Part shown: piece after piece, positions 1 through 8,486 of the stretch
Layout of the letters: each line of letters opens with the position of its first letter
Position numbering within the stretch: position 1 is the first letter of the stretch
Source of the DNA: Candidatus Hydrogenedentota bacterium
GTDB lineage: Bacteria > Hydrogenedentota > Hydrogenedentia > Hydrogenedentales > SLHB01
Assembly: GCA_963668025.2 (NCBI GenBank)
Contig: CAXXTH010000009.1
Location: 32,001-96,000, forward strand
Direction: 5' to 3'
Length of the DNA: 64,000 nt
Notes under the pieces: model-generated
Databases searched by the model: none
The model's input: only the letters and a program-made list of their open reading frames with translations
Told to the model about the DNA's origin: nothing
Translations under genes and position numbers: made by a program

Positions 1-795
1 GGGCATGATCTGGACGTAAAACGTCCATTTTGGAAACGAGCCTTCTTCAATGAGATTGAAGAGCTGGCGGGTATGGAAATCGGGATCCGTCCCGGCGAGG
101 CGCTCCGCCTCCTCTTGGGGCATGCATTGGACGCCTTGCTGGGTCTTGAAATGGAACTTCACCCAGAACCGCTCGTTCTTCGCATTGATGAAGCTATAGG
201 TATGGCTGCCAAAACCATGCATATACGGGATGCCCTTGGGGAGGCCGCGGTCTGAAAACAGAATGGTGATTTGATGCAAGGCCTCCGGCACCTGGGACCA
301 GAAATCCCACTGCATGGTGTCGCAATGGGTGTTGCTCCTCGGGTCACGCTTCTGCGTATGGATGAAATCCGGGAATTTGATGGCGTCACGGATAAAGAAG
401 GTCGGCGTATTATTGCCCACCATGTCCCAGTTGCCCTCTTCCGTGTAGAACTTGAGGGCAAAGCCGCGCACGTCGCGCACGGTATCCGCCGAGCCTTTCT
501 CACCCGCCACAGTCGAGAAACGTCCAAATACCTCGGTTTGCTTGCCGATTTCCGAAAAGATTTTCGCTTTCGTATAGGCCGTAATATCTTTTGTCACCGT
601 GAACACGCCATGAGCGCCCGCCGCTTTGGCGTGTACGACGCGCTCGGGAATGCGTTCCCGGTTGAAATGGGCCAGCTTTTCCAGCATATAGTGATCTTGC
701 AACAGCGTGGGTCCGCGTTCACCGGCGGTCAGCGACGTTTGATTGTCCGGAACCGGTATGCCCGAGGCAGTCGTCAGCTTGTTCGTATCCGTCAT
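1..795 (-). CDS. katA: Monofunctional heme catalase (N-terminal part; runs off the window)
   Basis: Minus-strand translation [12 protein letters not shown]...[16 protein letters not shown]...[39 protein letters not shown]; GGAGG RBS upstream. Absent from the ORF track because it has no stop in the window. Confidence 0.96.
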   Translation of the reverse strand, partial: MTDTNKLTTASGIPVPDNQTSLTAGERGPTLLQDHYMLEKLAHFNRERIPERVVHAKAAGAHGVFTVTKDITAYTKAKIFSEIGKQTEVFGRFSTVAGEKGSADTVRDVRGFALKFYTEEGNWDMVGNNTPTFFIRDAIKFPDFIHTQKRDPRSNTHCDTMQWDFWSQVPEALHQITILFSDRGLPKGIPYMHGFGSHTYSFINAKNERFWVKFHFKTQQGVQCMPQEEAERLAGTDPDFHTRQLFNLIEEGSFPKWTFYVQIMP

Positions 796-945
796 GGCCG
801 AATCCTCCATTCTGTTGTTCGCGCCCGCGCTACTCTGTACAGGAGAGAAACCACTCGAGGCGCAATTCCCCATTCAGATATTGTTTTACCTTATGCGCTT
901 GCCGCCTCTCCACCTCCCTTCCATCAAAATCGTAATATTTTGCAT

Positions 946-962
946 TTAGGAATTCTTCTTAT
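946..962. promoter_or_regulatory. Candidate PerR/Fur-type operator upstream of catalase
   Basis: TTAGGAATTCTTCTTAT; its reverse complement matches TTCAGAATAATTCCTAG upstream of the regulator (shared core AGAAnAATTCCTA). Confidence 0.4.
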
Positions 963-983
963 CGCCTTTGCAACAAAAAACGT

Positions 984-1436
984 TCATTTGGCCTTGCGGG
1001 TGCAGGAGGCGCAGATCCCTTTCACTTCAATATGCAACGAAACCGGTTCGCCAAACGTTTTCGCCTCGTCCGGGATCGCAAGGCCCTTCAGTTCATCCGT
1101 GATGAAATCGCGGATCAACCCGCACTTCACGCAGGTAAAATGATGATGAGATTCCATATTTGCGTCAAACCTTAGCCTTTCCTGGCTCATGCCCACAATC
1201 GAGAGAATCCCATGCTCCGCCAGCAGCTTGAGATTCCGGTACACGGTATCGAGTGAAATCGTTGGGATGCGCTTGCGCACACGCGCATGAATCGCTTCCA
1301 CATCGGGATGTTCCGCCGTCGCCGCCAGCGCCCGGTAGATTTCCATGCGCTGGTGGGTGACCTTCAAGCCGTGCGCTTCGCACAAGCGGCGGAATTCGCC
1401 CATCCGTTCATCCATTTTATTATGCACAACGGCCAT
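984..1436 (-). CDS. perR: Fur-family transcriptional regulator, PerR-like
   Basis: HPDVEAIH, ISLDTVYRNL, HHHFTCVKCG and C-terminal CASC motifs; directly upstream of catalase on the same strand. Confidence 0.88.
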   Translation of the reverse strand: MAVVHNKMDERMGEFRRLCEAHGLKVTHQRMEIYRALAATAEHPDVEAIHARVRKRIPTISLDTVYRNLKLLAEHGILSIVGMSQERLRFDANMESHHHFTCVKCGLIRDFITDELKGLAIPDEAKTFGEPVSLHIEVKGICASCTRKAK

Positions 1437-1450
1437 ATAAACGCCCCGAT

Positions 1451-1484
1451 TTCAGAATAATTCCTAGTTAGGAGTATATCCTAA
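1451..1484. promoter_or_regulatory. Candidate autoregulatory operator(s) of the PerR-like gene
   Basis: TTCAGAATAATTCCTAG followed by the inverted repeat TTAGGA-gtata-TCCTAA. Confidence 0.4.
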
Positions 1485-1705
1485 TAAGCGCGGAGTGTCA
1501 ATAGCATAAATCTCAAAATCCTTTTCTTTCGCCTCAAAATGCACAAGATGCTCAAGTAGAATTTATCCATCGTGTGTCTCTTGCGCTTCTTGTGGCAAAT
1601 ACAGCTCCTTCAGATTCGACTTAATATCTCTAGAGAATAACATGCGTTTCCCGGAAGCATCTTCGTGCGGTGTAAGATACTGTAGAAATGAAAGGGAGCG
1701 TTGCA

Positions 1706-3802
1706 ATGTCGGCTACGGATGCAGAACTGCTGGAAAAATGGCGCATCGCTTCGGATGGGGAAGCGTTCCACGAGTTGGTGTCGCGCCATGGCGGCATGGT
1801 GCGGCGCACCTGCGCGCGGATCTTGCGCGACCCTGGCGCGGCGGACGATATCACACAGGAATGCTTCATCAAACTCTGGCAGGTCAAACAGGTGCGGGGC
1901 GGCTCCCTGGGCGGGCTTCTCCATACCTTGGCCACGCATCTTTCCCTGAATCGGTTGCGAGCGGAATCGCGCCGCCGCGAACGGGAGATCGACTACGCCA
2001 CCGAAGGTGTGCATGCCGATACGGAACGGTGGGCGGAGGTGCTTCCTTTTGTGGATGAGGCCATCGCGGATTTGCCGGAAAAACTGCGTTATCCCGTAAT
2101 CATGCACTTCCTGGAAGGCCAGGCCTATGCCGCCATCGCCCAGTCGCTCACGGTCGATGAATCGACCGTGAGATACCGGGTGCAGAAAGCGCTGGAACGC
2201 ATGCGGCAATTCATGAAACGGCGTGGCGTGGCGCTGGGCTCCGGGGCGCTGGCCAGCGCCTTGGAAATGGAAGGAACGCATGCCGCTGGATTGCCCGAGG
2301 GCTTGCAGGCGGCCCTTGGAAAACTGGCCGTCGCGGGAAAGACTCTATCGGTGGGAGCCGCTCCGCTGGGCGGTTCCGTGGCGATAACAATAGGGGGCGT
2401 GATGTTGATGTGGAAGCACGTGCTGATTGTCCTAGGAATTCTAGCGGCTGTCTCGGGATTCTACTTTGTTGTCGTCGCACCCGCGATACACCATGCGCGG
2501 CAGGAAGCCGCGCAAGCGGTGAAGATTCCGCCTGTGGAACCGCCCGCTGCTGACATGGAGAGTAGCGCGCCGAGAGTCAATTCCACTGAACCTCAAAACA
2601 CCGCTTTACCGGTTTCGCCAGATGTCCTCAAGCAACGGATGTCCGTTGCTATGCAACAAAACTCGCAAGAGACCACCCACAGTCCGCAAATGCCACTCAG
2701 ATCCGAAGATATCTCGAAGGACAACGGCGCGCACTATTTCCTGTTGGCCACTGAATTGCTGCCGGACTTGGATATGTCTGTTTTCGAGGAACGCTGGAAG
2801 ACGCTTAAGGAATCAGGAAACATCAATGACCCGGAATTCCTGGCCATGCTCGCCAGATTCCAGGGTGCCTTCAATGCGATTCGGATGGGCTTGCAGGTGG
2901 GCAACGCTACGCTGCCGTTTCCTTCCGATCTGTTGAACACATCCTGGGAGCATTATGCCAAATTCAAGAACCTTGCACGCGCAATGAATATGGAAGCGGA
3001 GTATTATGCCCTTCAAGGGGACTACCGCTCGTCTTTCGATGACTACAACACGGTCCTGGCCTTCGGAAGCGAATCTTCCCGAGGCGGCTTGGTTGCCGGC
3101 GGGGAAGTAGGGCATGCTATCGAGAATGGTGCGGCCCAATCCCTCCGGGAGTCCCTGTCTTGTGGCATGGCGACGCCGGATGATTACCGCTATCTCATCC
3201 AGAAAATGGCGGACCTGGATAAAAATAGGAGTACCATTTCTGAAAGTATGTATGACGAGAGTTATCTTTTCGAAGTAGGCTGTGGCAATCTACAGAAGGA
3301 GGGCGTGGACCTGGGCACATTCATCCTAGCAGACAAAAGCATGCTCCCCACGCAAGACCTAATCATCAGTTTCGCGGACGAAATGCGCATGGGAGCGGAG
3401 TATTGCGCACTGCCATACTACGAGGCCCATTCATTCGATCTGGATGCAGTTTTGAGTAAAGACCCCGCCATGAGCGAAATGCGATTCTCCTATGAAAACC
3501 TAGTCGCAGAAGAAGCAGAGACTCACGCACAAATCCGAGGGACCATGCTCTCCGCCGCTATCGAATCATACCGCGTGGAGACGGGCGCGTATCCCCATGC
3601 GCTCGCGGATCTCGTGCCAAACCACATCGCCAGCCTTCCCGAAGACCCCTTCTCCGGCCAGCCGTTTGAATATGCGCCCACGGATTCCGGTTATTTGCTC
3701 TACAGCACAGGCCCGGACATGACGAACAACAGTGGCGAACCCATAAGCGAAGAAGGCCCCTTCCCAAAACGCGAGGGGGACATTGTGCTCCACGAAGGGT
3801 AG
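1706..3802 (+). CDS. ECF sigma factor with TM segment and long extracytoplasmic extension ending in a GspG-like motif (copy 1)
   Basis: Sigma2 (AFHELVSRH...ADDITQECFIKLW) and sigma4 (LPEKLRYPVIMHFLEG...IAQSL...TVRYRVQKA) regions; hydrophobic helix; C-terminal YPxxLxxLVP...LPEDPFSG...YSTGPD; AAGGGAG RBS before ATG 1706. Confidence 0.88.
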   Translation: MSATDAELLEKWRIASDGEAFHELVSRHGGMVRRTCARILRDPGAADDITQECFIKLWQVKQVRGGSLGGLLHTLATHLSLNRLRAESRRREREIDYATEGVHADTERWAEVLPFVDEAIADLPEKLRYPVIMHFLEGQAYAAIAQSLTVDESTVRYRVQKALERMRQFMKRRGVALGSGALASALEMEGTHAAGLPEGLQAALGKLAVAGKTLSVGAAPLGGSVAITIGGVMLMWKHVLIVLGILAAVSGFYFVVVAPAIHHARQEAAQAVKIPPVEPPAADMESSAPRVNSTEPQNTALPVSPDVLKQRMSVAMQQNSQETTHSPQMPLRSEDISKDNGAHYFLLATELLPDLDMSVFEERWKTLKESGNINDPEFLAMLARFQGAFNAIRMGLQVGNATLPFPSDLLNTSWEHYAKFKNLARAMNMEAEYYALQGDYRSSFDDYNTVLAFGSESSRGGLVAGGEVGHAIENGAAQSLRESLSCGMATPDDYRYLIQKMADLDKNRSTISESMYDESYLFEVGCGNLQKEGVDLGTFILADKSMLPTQDLIISFADEMRMGAEYCALPYYEAHSFDLDAVLSKDPAMSEMRFSYENLVAEEAETHAQIRGTMLSAAIESYRVETGAYPHALADLVPNHIASLPEDPFSGQPFEYAPTDSGYLLYSTGPDMTNNSGEPISEEGPFPKREGDIVLHEG

Positions 3803-3944
3803 ATTCAGAACTCCTCCAAAAACTGGAGGAAATATTTCGATTCATGGCTTGACAGCGGAACTATGCCGTTGTGTTCGCCTCGTTATAGGAATTCAACACG
3901 ACGGGCACAGCAACAGCCATGAATATGCCTCCTTCTCCTTTCTA

Positions 3945-4103
3945 TTCACCACGGGGACACAGGGATGCACGGGGAATGCATGCTGTAGCTCATACATGAA
4001 GCTTTTTAAGCGTGTGTAGATATTTTATGGTTTACTAATACGTGAACCGATTCACTTTTTTGGCCTAATCATTCCCCGTGCCTCCCCGTGTCTCCGTGGT
4101 GAA
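3945..4103. repeat. Intergenic inverted repeat, 34-bp arms (CACCACGG family)
   Basis: TTCACCACGGGGACACAGGGATGCACGGGGAATG (3945-3978) pairs with 4070-4103 with 3 mismatches; a truncated arm recurs at about 6449-6467. Confidence 0.8.
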
Positions 4104-4207
4104 AATCTTAAAAGAATTGGGACGCACCATATGCTTCCGCGCTTCTGTCTTCCCGGAAGCATCTTCGAGCGGTGTAAGATACTGTAGAAATGAACGGGAG
4201 CGTTGCA

Positions 4208-6313
4208 ATGTCGGCTACGGATGCAGAACTGCTGGAAAAATGGCGCATCGCCTCGGATAGCGAAGCGTTCCACGAGCTGGTGTTGCGCCATGGCGGCATG
4301 GTGCGGCGCACCTGCGCGCGGATCTTGCGCGACCCTGGCGCGGCGGACGATATCACACAGGAATGCTTCATCAAACTCTGGCAGGTCAAACAGGTGCGAG
4401 GCGGTTCTCTGGGCGGGCTTCTCCATACTTTAGCCACGCATCTTTCCCTCAACCGGCTTCGAGCGGAATCGCGCCGCCGGGAGCGGGAGATCGACTACGC
4501 CACCGAAGGCGCGCATGCCGATACAGAACAGTGGGCGGAGGTGCTTCCTTTTGTGGATGAGGCCATCGCGGATTTACCGGAAAAGCTGCGTTATCCCGTA
4601 ATCATGCACTACCTGGAAGGCCAGGCCTATGCCGCCATCGCCCAGTCGCTCACGGTCGATGAATCGACCGTGAGATACCGGGTGCAGAAGGCGCTGGAAC
4701 GCATGCGCATTTTTCTGAAGCGGCGCCATATGGCCGTTGACGCGGGGATGCTGGCGGGCATTCTCGGGGCGGAACACGCGGCGGCCGCCGTTCTGCCGGA
4801 AGGCTTGCGGGCAATATTGGGGAAACTGGCCATCGCAAGCGAATCTCTCCCACTAGCGGTTCCGCCGCTTGCTGGGTCCATAACCGCAACCATTGGAGGT
4901 GTTGTATTGATGTGGAAGAATGTCATGATTGGAGTAGGGATTCTTTCTGTCGCGGCGGCGTTATTCTTTACTTTTGGCCTGCCCAGCATAAGAAGCGCCA
5001 AAGATGAAGCCATCCCGGAAGTGAAGGCCACCAGCTTGGAAACGCCTGACGACAATACCACGCCCATCGCGAATCCGGCGGAACCTCAACAAACCATTTC
5101 TCCAGACATTCTCAAGCAACTGATGATGCTCGCCATGCAGCAGAGCGCACAGCAGGCAGACTTAAAACCCGTGTCGTTTAAATCCGAGGATGTCCCGACG
5201 GACAACGGCGCGCATTACTTTTTGCTTGCCGCCGAACTCATGCCCGGCATCGATATAGGCGAGTTCGAGGAGCGTTGGAAGGCGCTGAAAGAATCGGGAA
5301 ATATCAACGATCCGGAATTTCTGGCGATGCTCGAGAAATTCCAGGAGGCCTTCAACGCCATCCGGATGGGCTTGGAGGTGGGCAATGTGCAGATGCCCAC
5401 TCCCTCTGATTGGCTCAATGCATCCATGGAGCATCTGGGTTCCTTCCGGCATCTTGCCCGCGCTTTTAACATCGAAGCGGAATATGATGCTCTTCAAGGC
5501 GATTACCGCACGGCCTTCGAAAATTACCGCACTATACTGGCTTTCGGCAGCGAATCCTCCCGGGGAGGCGTGCTCATCGGCGGCCTGGTGGGGCAGGCTA
5601 TCGAGAACGGCGCGGTGCAATCCCTCCGGGAATCGCTTTCCTATAACATGGCAACACCCGAGGAGTATCGCTATCTGATTCAAGAAATGTCACAAATGGA
5701 CCAGGGCATGTATACGATTTCCGAGAGTGTGATGGATGAAAATAATGCCTTTGGCATGTGGCTCGATGATATACAAGCGGCGGGCGTGGATGTGCGCTCG
5801 TTGATACCCGAAGAGGCGACAGTGGAACGGGGCCTGGTGGACAGCTTGACCGACACACAACTCGAAGCGGCGTTTCGCGGCGTCTTGCAAGCGGAAGATG
5901 TGATGGCGGAGTATTGCGCCCTGCCCTATTATGAAGCCCAAGCCATCGATCTCGACGCCTATCTGGGGACCGATCCAAATGTGCGTGCGCTCATGCCCGC
6001 TTATGATCGATTGGTGGCGCAGGAAGCCAACACACGCACGCAGTTTCGCGGGACCATGCTCTCCGCCGCTATCGAATCGTACCGCGCGGAGACTGGAGCG
6101 TATCCCGGTGAGCTTTCCAGCCTGGTTCCCAATTATGTGTCCAGCCTTCCAGAAGACCCATTCTCCGGCCAGCCTTTCGAGTATGCGCCTACGGATTCCA
6201 GTTATCTACTCTACAGCACAGGCCCGGATATGGTGAGCAATAGTGGCGAACCCATGGGCGAAGAAGGCCCCTTCCCCAAACGCGAGGGGGACATTGTGCT
6301 CCACGAAGGGTAG
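4208..6313 (+). CDS. ECF sigma factor with TM segment and long extracytoplasmic extension (copy 2, tandem paralog)
   Basis: Sigma domain and extreme C-terminus nearly identical to copy 1; middle region diverged. Confidence 0.88.
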   Translation: MSATDAELLEKWRIASDSEAFHELVLRHGGMVRRTCARILRDPGAADDITQECFIKLWQVKQVRGGSLGGLLHTLATHLSLNRLRAESRRREREIDYATEGAHADTEQWAEVLPFVDEAIADLPEKLRYPVIMHYLEGQAYAAIAQSLTVDESTVRYRVQKALERMRIFLKRRHMAVDAGMLAGILGAEHAAAAVLPEGLRAILGKLAIASESLPLAVPPLAGSITATIGGVVLMWKNVMIGVGILSVAAALFFTFGLPSIRSAKDEAIPEVKATSLETPDDNTTPIANPAEPQQTISPDILKQLMMLAMQQSAQQADLKPVSFKSEDVPTDNGAHYFLLAAELMPGIDIGEFEERWKALKESGNINDPEFLAMLEKFQEAFNAIRMGLEVGNVQMPTPSDWLNASMEHLGSFRHLARAFNIEAEYDALQGDYRTAFENYRTILAFGSESSRGGVLIGGLVGQAIENGAVQSLRESLSYNMATPEEYRYLIQEMSQMDQGMYTISESVMDENNAFGMWLDDIQAAGVDVRSLIPEEATVERGLVDSLTDTQLEAAFRGVLQAEDVMAEYCALPYYEAQAIDLDAYLGTDPNVRALMPAYDRLVAQEANTRTQFRGTMLSAAIESYRAETGAYPGELSSLVPNYVSSLPEDPFSGQPFEYAPTDSSYLLYSTGPDMVSNSGEPMGEEGPFPKREGDIVLHEG

Positions 6314-6666
6314 ATTCAGCACTTCTCCTAAAATCAGAAGAAAGATTTTCATGCATGGCTTGACAGCCGAATCCTGTCGTTGTGTTCGTCTCGTTATAGG
6401 AATTCAACACGACGGGCACAACGGCCACGAATATGCCTCTTCCTTTCATTTCACCACGGAGAACACGTTCGAGCACAGTTGCCTTGAATAGGTTTCCGTT
6501 TAAAGATACCCTGTGGCGCGTCTCAAAACGTTGATGACTTCAACGTATTTCGATATACATCAGAAGGACGCTGGGTTAATGGCGAGTACATCGTCTAGAA
6601 TGGGGAATAGACCACCCGGGCGCTGATGTTGTGGAATGTGATTTTGAACTGCCGGGGTTATAAACT

Positions 6667-7647
6667 ATGAAGATTAAAACGCCGCTATCAAACCGTGCGC
6701 ACGCGGGATACCATGCGATTCCGCTGGCGGCGCTTCAATTGGACAAAGTGGCCAGTTTCAGCCTGTATATCCAGCCTCAAAAAGATGGGGCATTTGTGTT
6801 GTACCGGGAGGAGAATCTGCCATTCGATAGCGCGGAGCGGGAACGCTTACTCGATAACGGCGTAGCGGAGCTGTTTGTTCCGGATGACGGAATACCGGCG
6901 TACCATCGCTATCTCGAGGAAAACCTAGGTCCGATTTTATCCGATCCGGCGCTAACCGTGAACGAGAAATCATCGGCGTTATATGGCGCATTGAGGGGCA
7001 TCGTAGAGGATGTGTTCACGGACCCTCGCGCGGCGACTGTCCTGCCGCGCAGCCGGGAGGTGGTGCAGCACACGTGCTTTTTCCTCGAGACACAAGCGGG
7101 GGCCCTGCAAAGCTTAATGCAGGTATGCGTATTTGATTACTCGACATTCACGCACAGCGTGAATGTCTTCGTGTTCGCGATGGCCTTGGGCCACCGGGTG
7201 TTTCCTCCCGAATTACTGCGCAACGAATTCGGCCTCGGCGCGCTGCTGCATGATATCGGTAAAAGCCGTATTCCCCCCCACATCTTGAATTGCCCTGGAA
7301 AACTCTCCTCTACGCAATTCGAAATCATGAAACGCCATGTAGTCTATGGATACGATATGTTGAAAGAAGCGGGCGTGGATCCCCTTGTGCTCGATATGGC
7401 GCGCAACCATCACGAACGCATGTGCGGCGGGGGGTATCCGGACAACTTGCGCGGCAACAAAATCCGGAAGGAAACCCGCTGCATTACCATAGCGGATGTG
7501 TTTGACGCGCTTACGACCAAACGTTCTTACAAAGACGCCATGGATTCCTTTAAGGCGCTTCAGCTTATGCGGGACACCATGTACGAATATCTTGACCCAA
7601 AACTGTTCGATATCTTCGTGCGCATGCTGGGCGAATCCCAAGTGTGA
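6667..7647 (+). CDS. HD-GYP domain cyclic-dinucleotide phosphodiesterase
   Basis: TFTHSVNV, LLHDIGK, HHERMCGGGYP, IADVFDALTTKRSYK motifs. Confidence 0.92.
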   Translation: MKIKTPLSNRAHAGYHAIPLAALQLDKVASFSLYIQPQKDGAFVLYREENLPFDSAERERLLDNGVAELFVPDDGIPAYHRYLEENLGPILSDPALTVNEKSSALYGALRGIVEDVFTDPRAATVLPRSREVVQHTCFFLETQAGALQSLMQVCVFDYSTFTHSVNVFVFAMALGHRVFPPELLRNEFGLGALLHDIGKSRIPPHILNCPGKLSSTQFEIMKRHVVYGYDMLKEAGVDPLVLDMARNHHERMCGGGYPDNLRGNKIRKETRCITIADVFDALTTKRSYKDAMDSFKALQLMRDTMYEYLDPKLFDIFVRMLGESQV

Positions 7648-7687
7648 ACCGCATGCCGAAGCATGGATCGCGGCATTGCCATGCCGC

Positions 7688-8308
7688 TCAAAAATCTCTA
7701 CGGGATTCAGCGGCAAGGAGTTTCACGATAAATACGGTCGCCCTCTCCTGCATTTCCGTGGCGAAATCGTCGATGCGGCGGGAAAACCAGCTATGAAACG
7801 CCGCCGCCGGGATGGCGACGCATAAGCCGCCGACCGTGGTGATGAGGGCCTTCGAGATGCCATCGGACAGGACTTGCGGATTCCCGATGCCTTGCGCGGT
7901 GATGGCGTCAAATACGGTGATCATACCGAGCACGGTCCCCAGCAGCCCCAAAAGCGGGCTGACCACGGCGACAATTTCGAGCAAGGTGAGGCCGCGTTCG
8001 AGCTGGCCCACTTGCGTGCGCCCGGTCGCATGCATGACCTCGGTCACTTGCCCATGTTCAAGATGGCGGGAGCGGATGCATTCCTCGATGATGCGCGCCA
8101 TGGCCCCGCGCGCGCTTTTACACAGATTCAAGGCGTTTTCCGGTGACGTGCGTTCGGAGTACTCCTCGATCAAGCGCAGCACCTGGCTGTCCAACACAAT
8201 GCCTTTTCGCAATGCAAAAAATCGTTCGATGACCACGGTAAGCCCGGCCAGGGAACACAGCCCAATCACAATCATCGTTCCGCCGCCTTGGGCGAGGGTA
8301 TGAAACAT
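7688..8308 (-). CDS. MotA/TolQ/ExbB proton channel family protein
   Basis: SPLLGLLGTVLGMITVF and GISKALITTVGGLCVAIPA motifs; GAGGAG RBS before ATG 8308. Confidence 0.92.
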   Translation of the reverse strand: MFHTLAQGGGTMIVIGLCSLAGLTVVIERFFALRKGIVLDSQVLRLIEEYSERTSPENALNLCKSARGAMARIIEECIRSRHLEHGQVTEVMHATGRTQVGQLERGLTLLEIVAVVSPLLGLLGTVLGMITVFDAITAQGIGNPQVLSDGISKALITTVGGLCVAIPAAAFHSWFSRRIDDFATEMQERATVFIVKLLAAESRRDF

Positions 8309-8486
8309 GGCTCCTCCTCGATTTTTCGCTGGCTCGACGCCACGCCGGGGTATTATACTCATGCGAGGTCTTTTCTGGTAGAAGGGCGGCGGGATTGTAC
8401 GCTTCCTTATACTATGTTAAGATTACTCAAGCCGTGTCAGAAGCGGCATTTGTGTAACAAATCAACGAGAGGTTTGGATAGCGCGC

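Noticed and set aside
271-1143. 290-aa plus-strand ORF
   Set aside because: Antisense shadow of the catalase and PerR-like genes.
1706-6313. Diversity-generating retroelement (TR/VR) explanation for the duplicated ECF C-termini
   Set aside because: No reverse transcriptase in the window, both copies are full genes, and mismatches are not confined to adenines.
7408-7440. HD-GYP motif variant HHERMCGGGYP taken as a sign of inactivity
   Set aside because: The HD, HH and downstream D metal ligands are intact; one substitution is not enough to infer loss of function.
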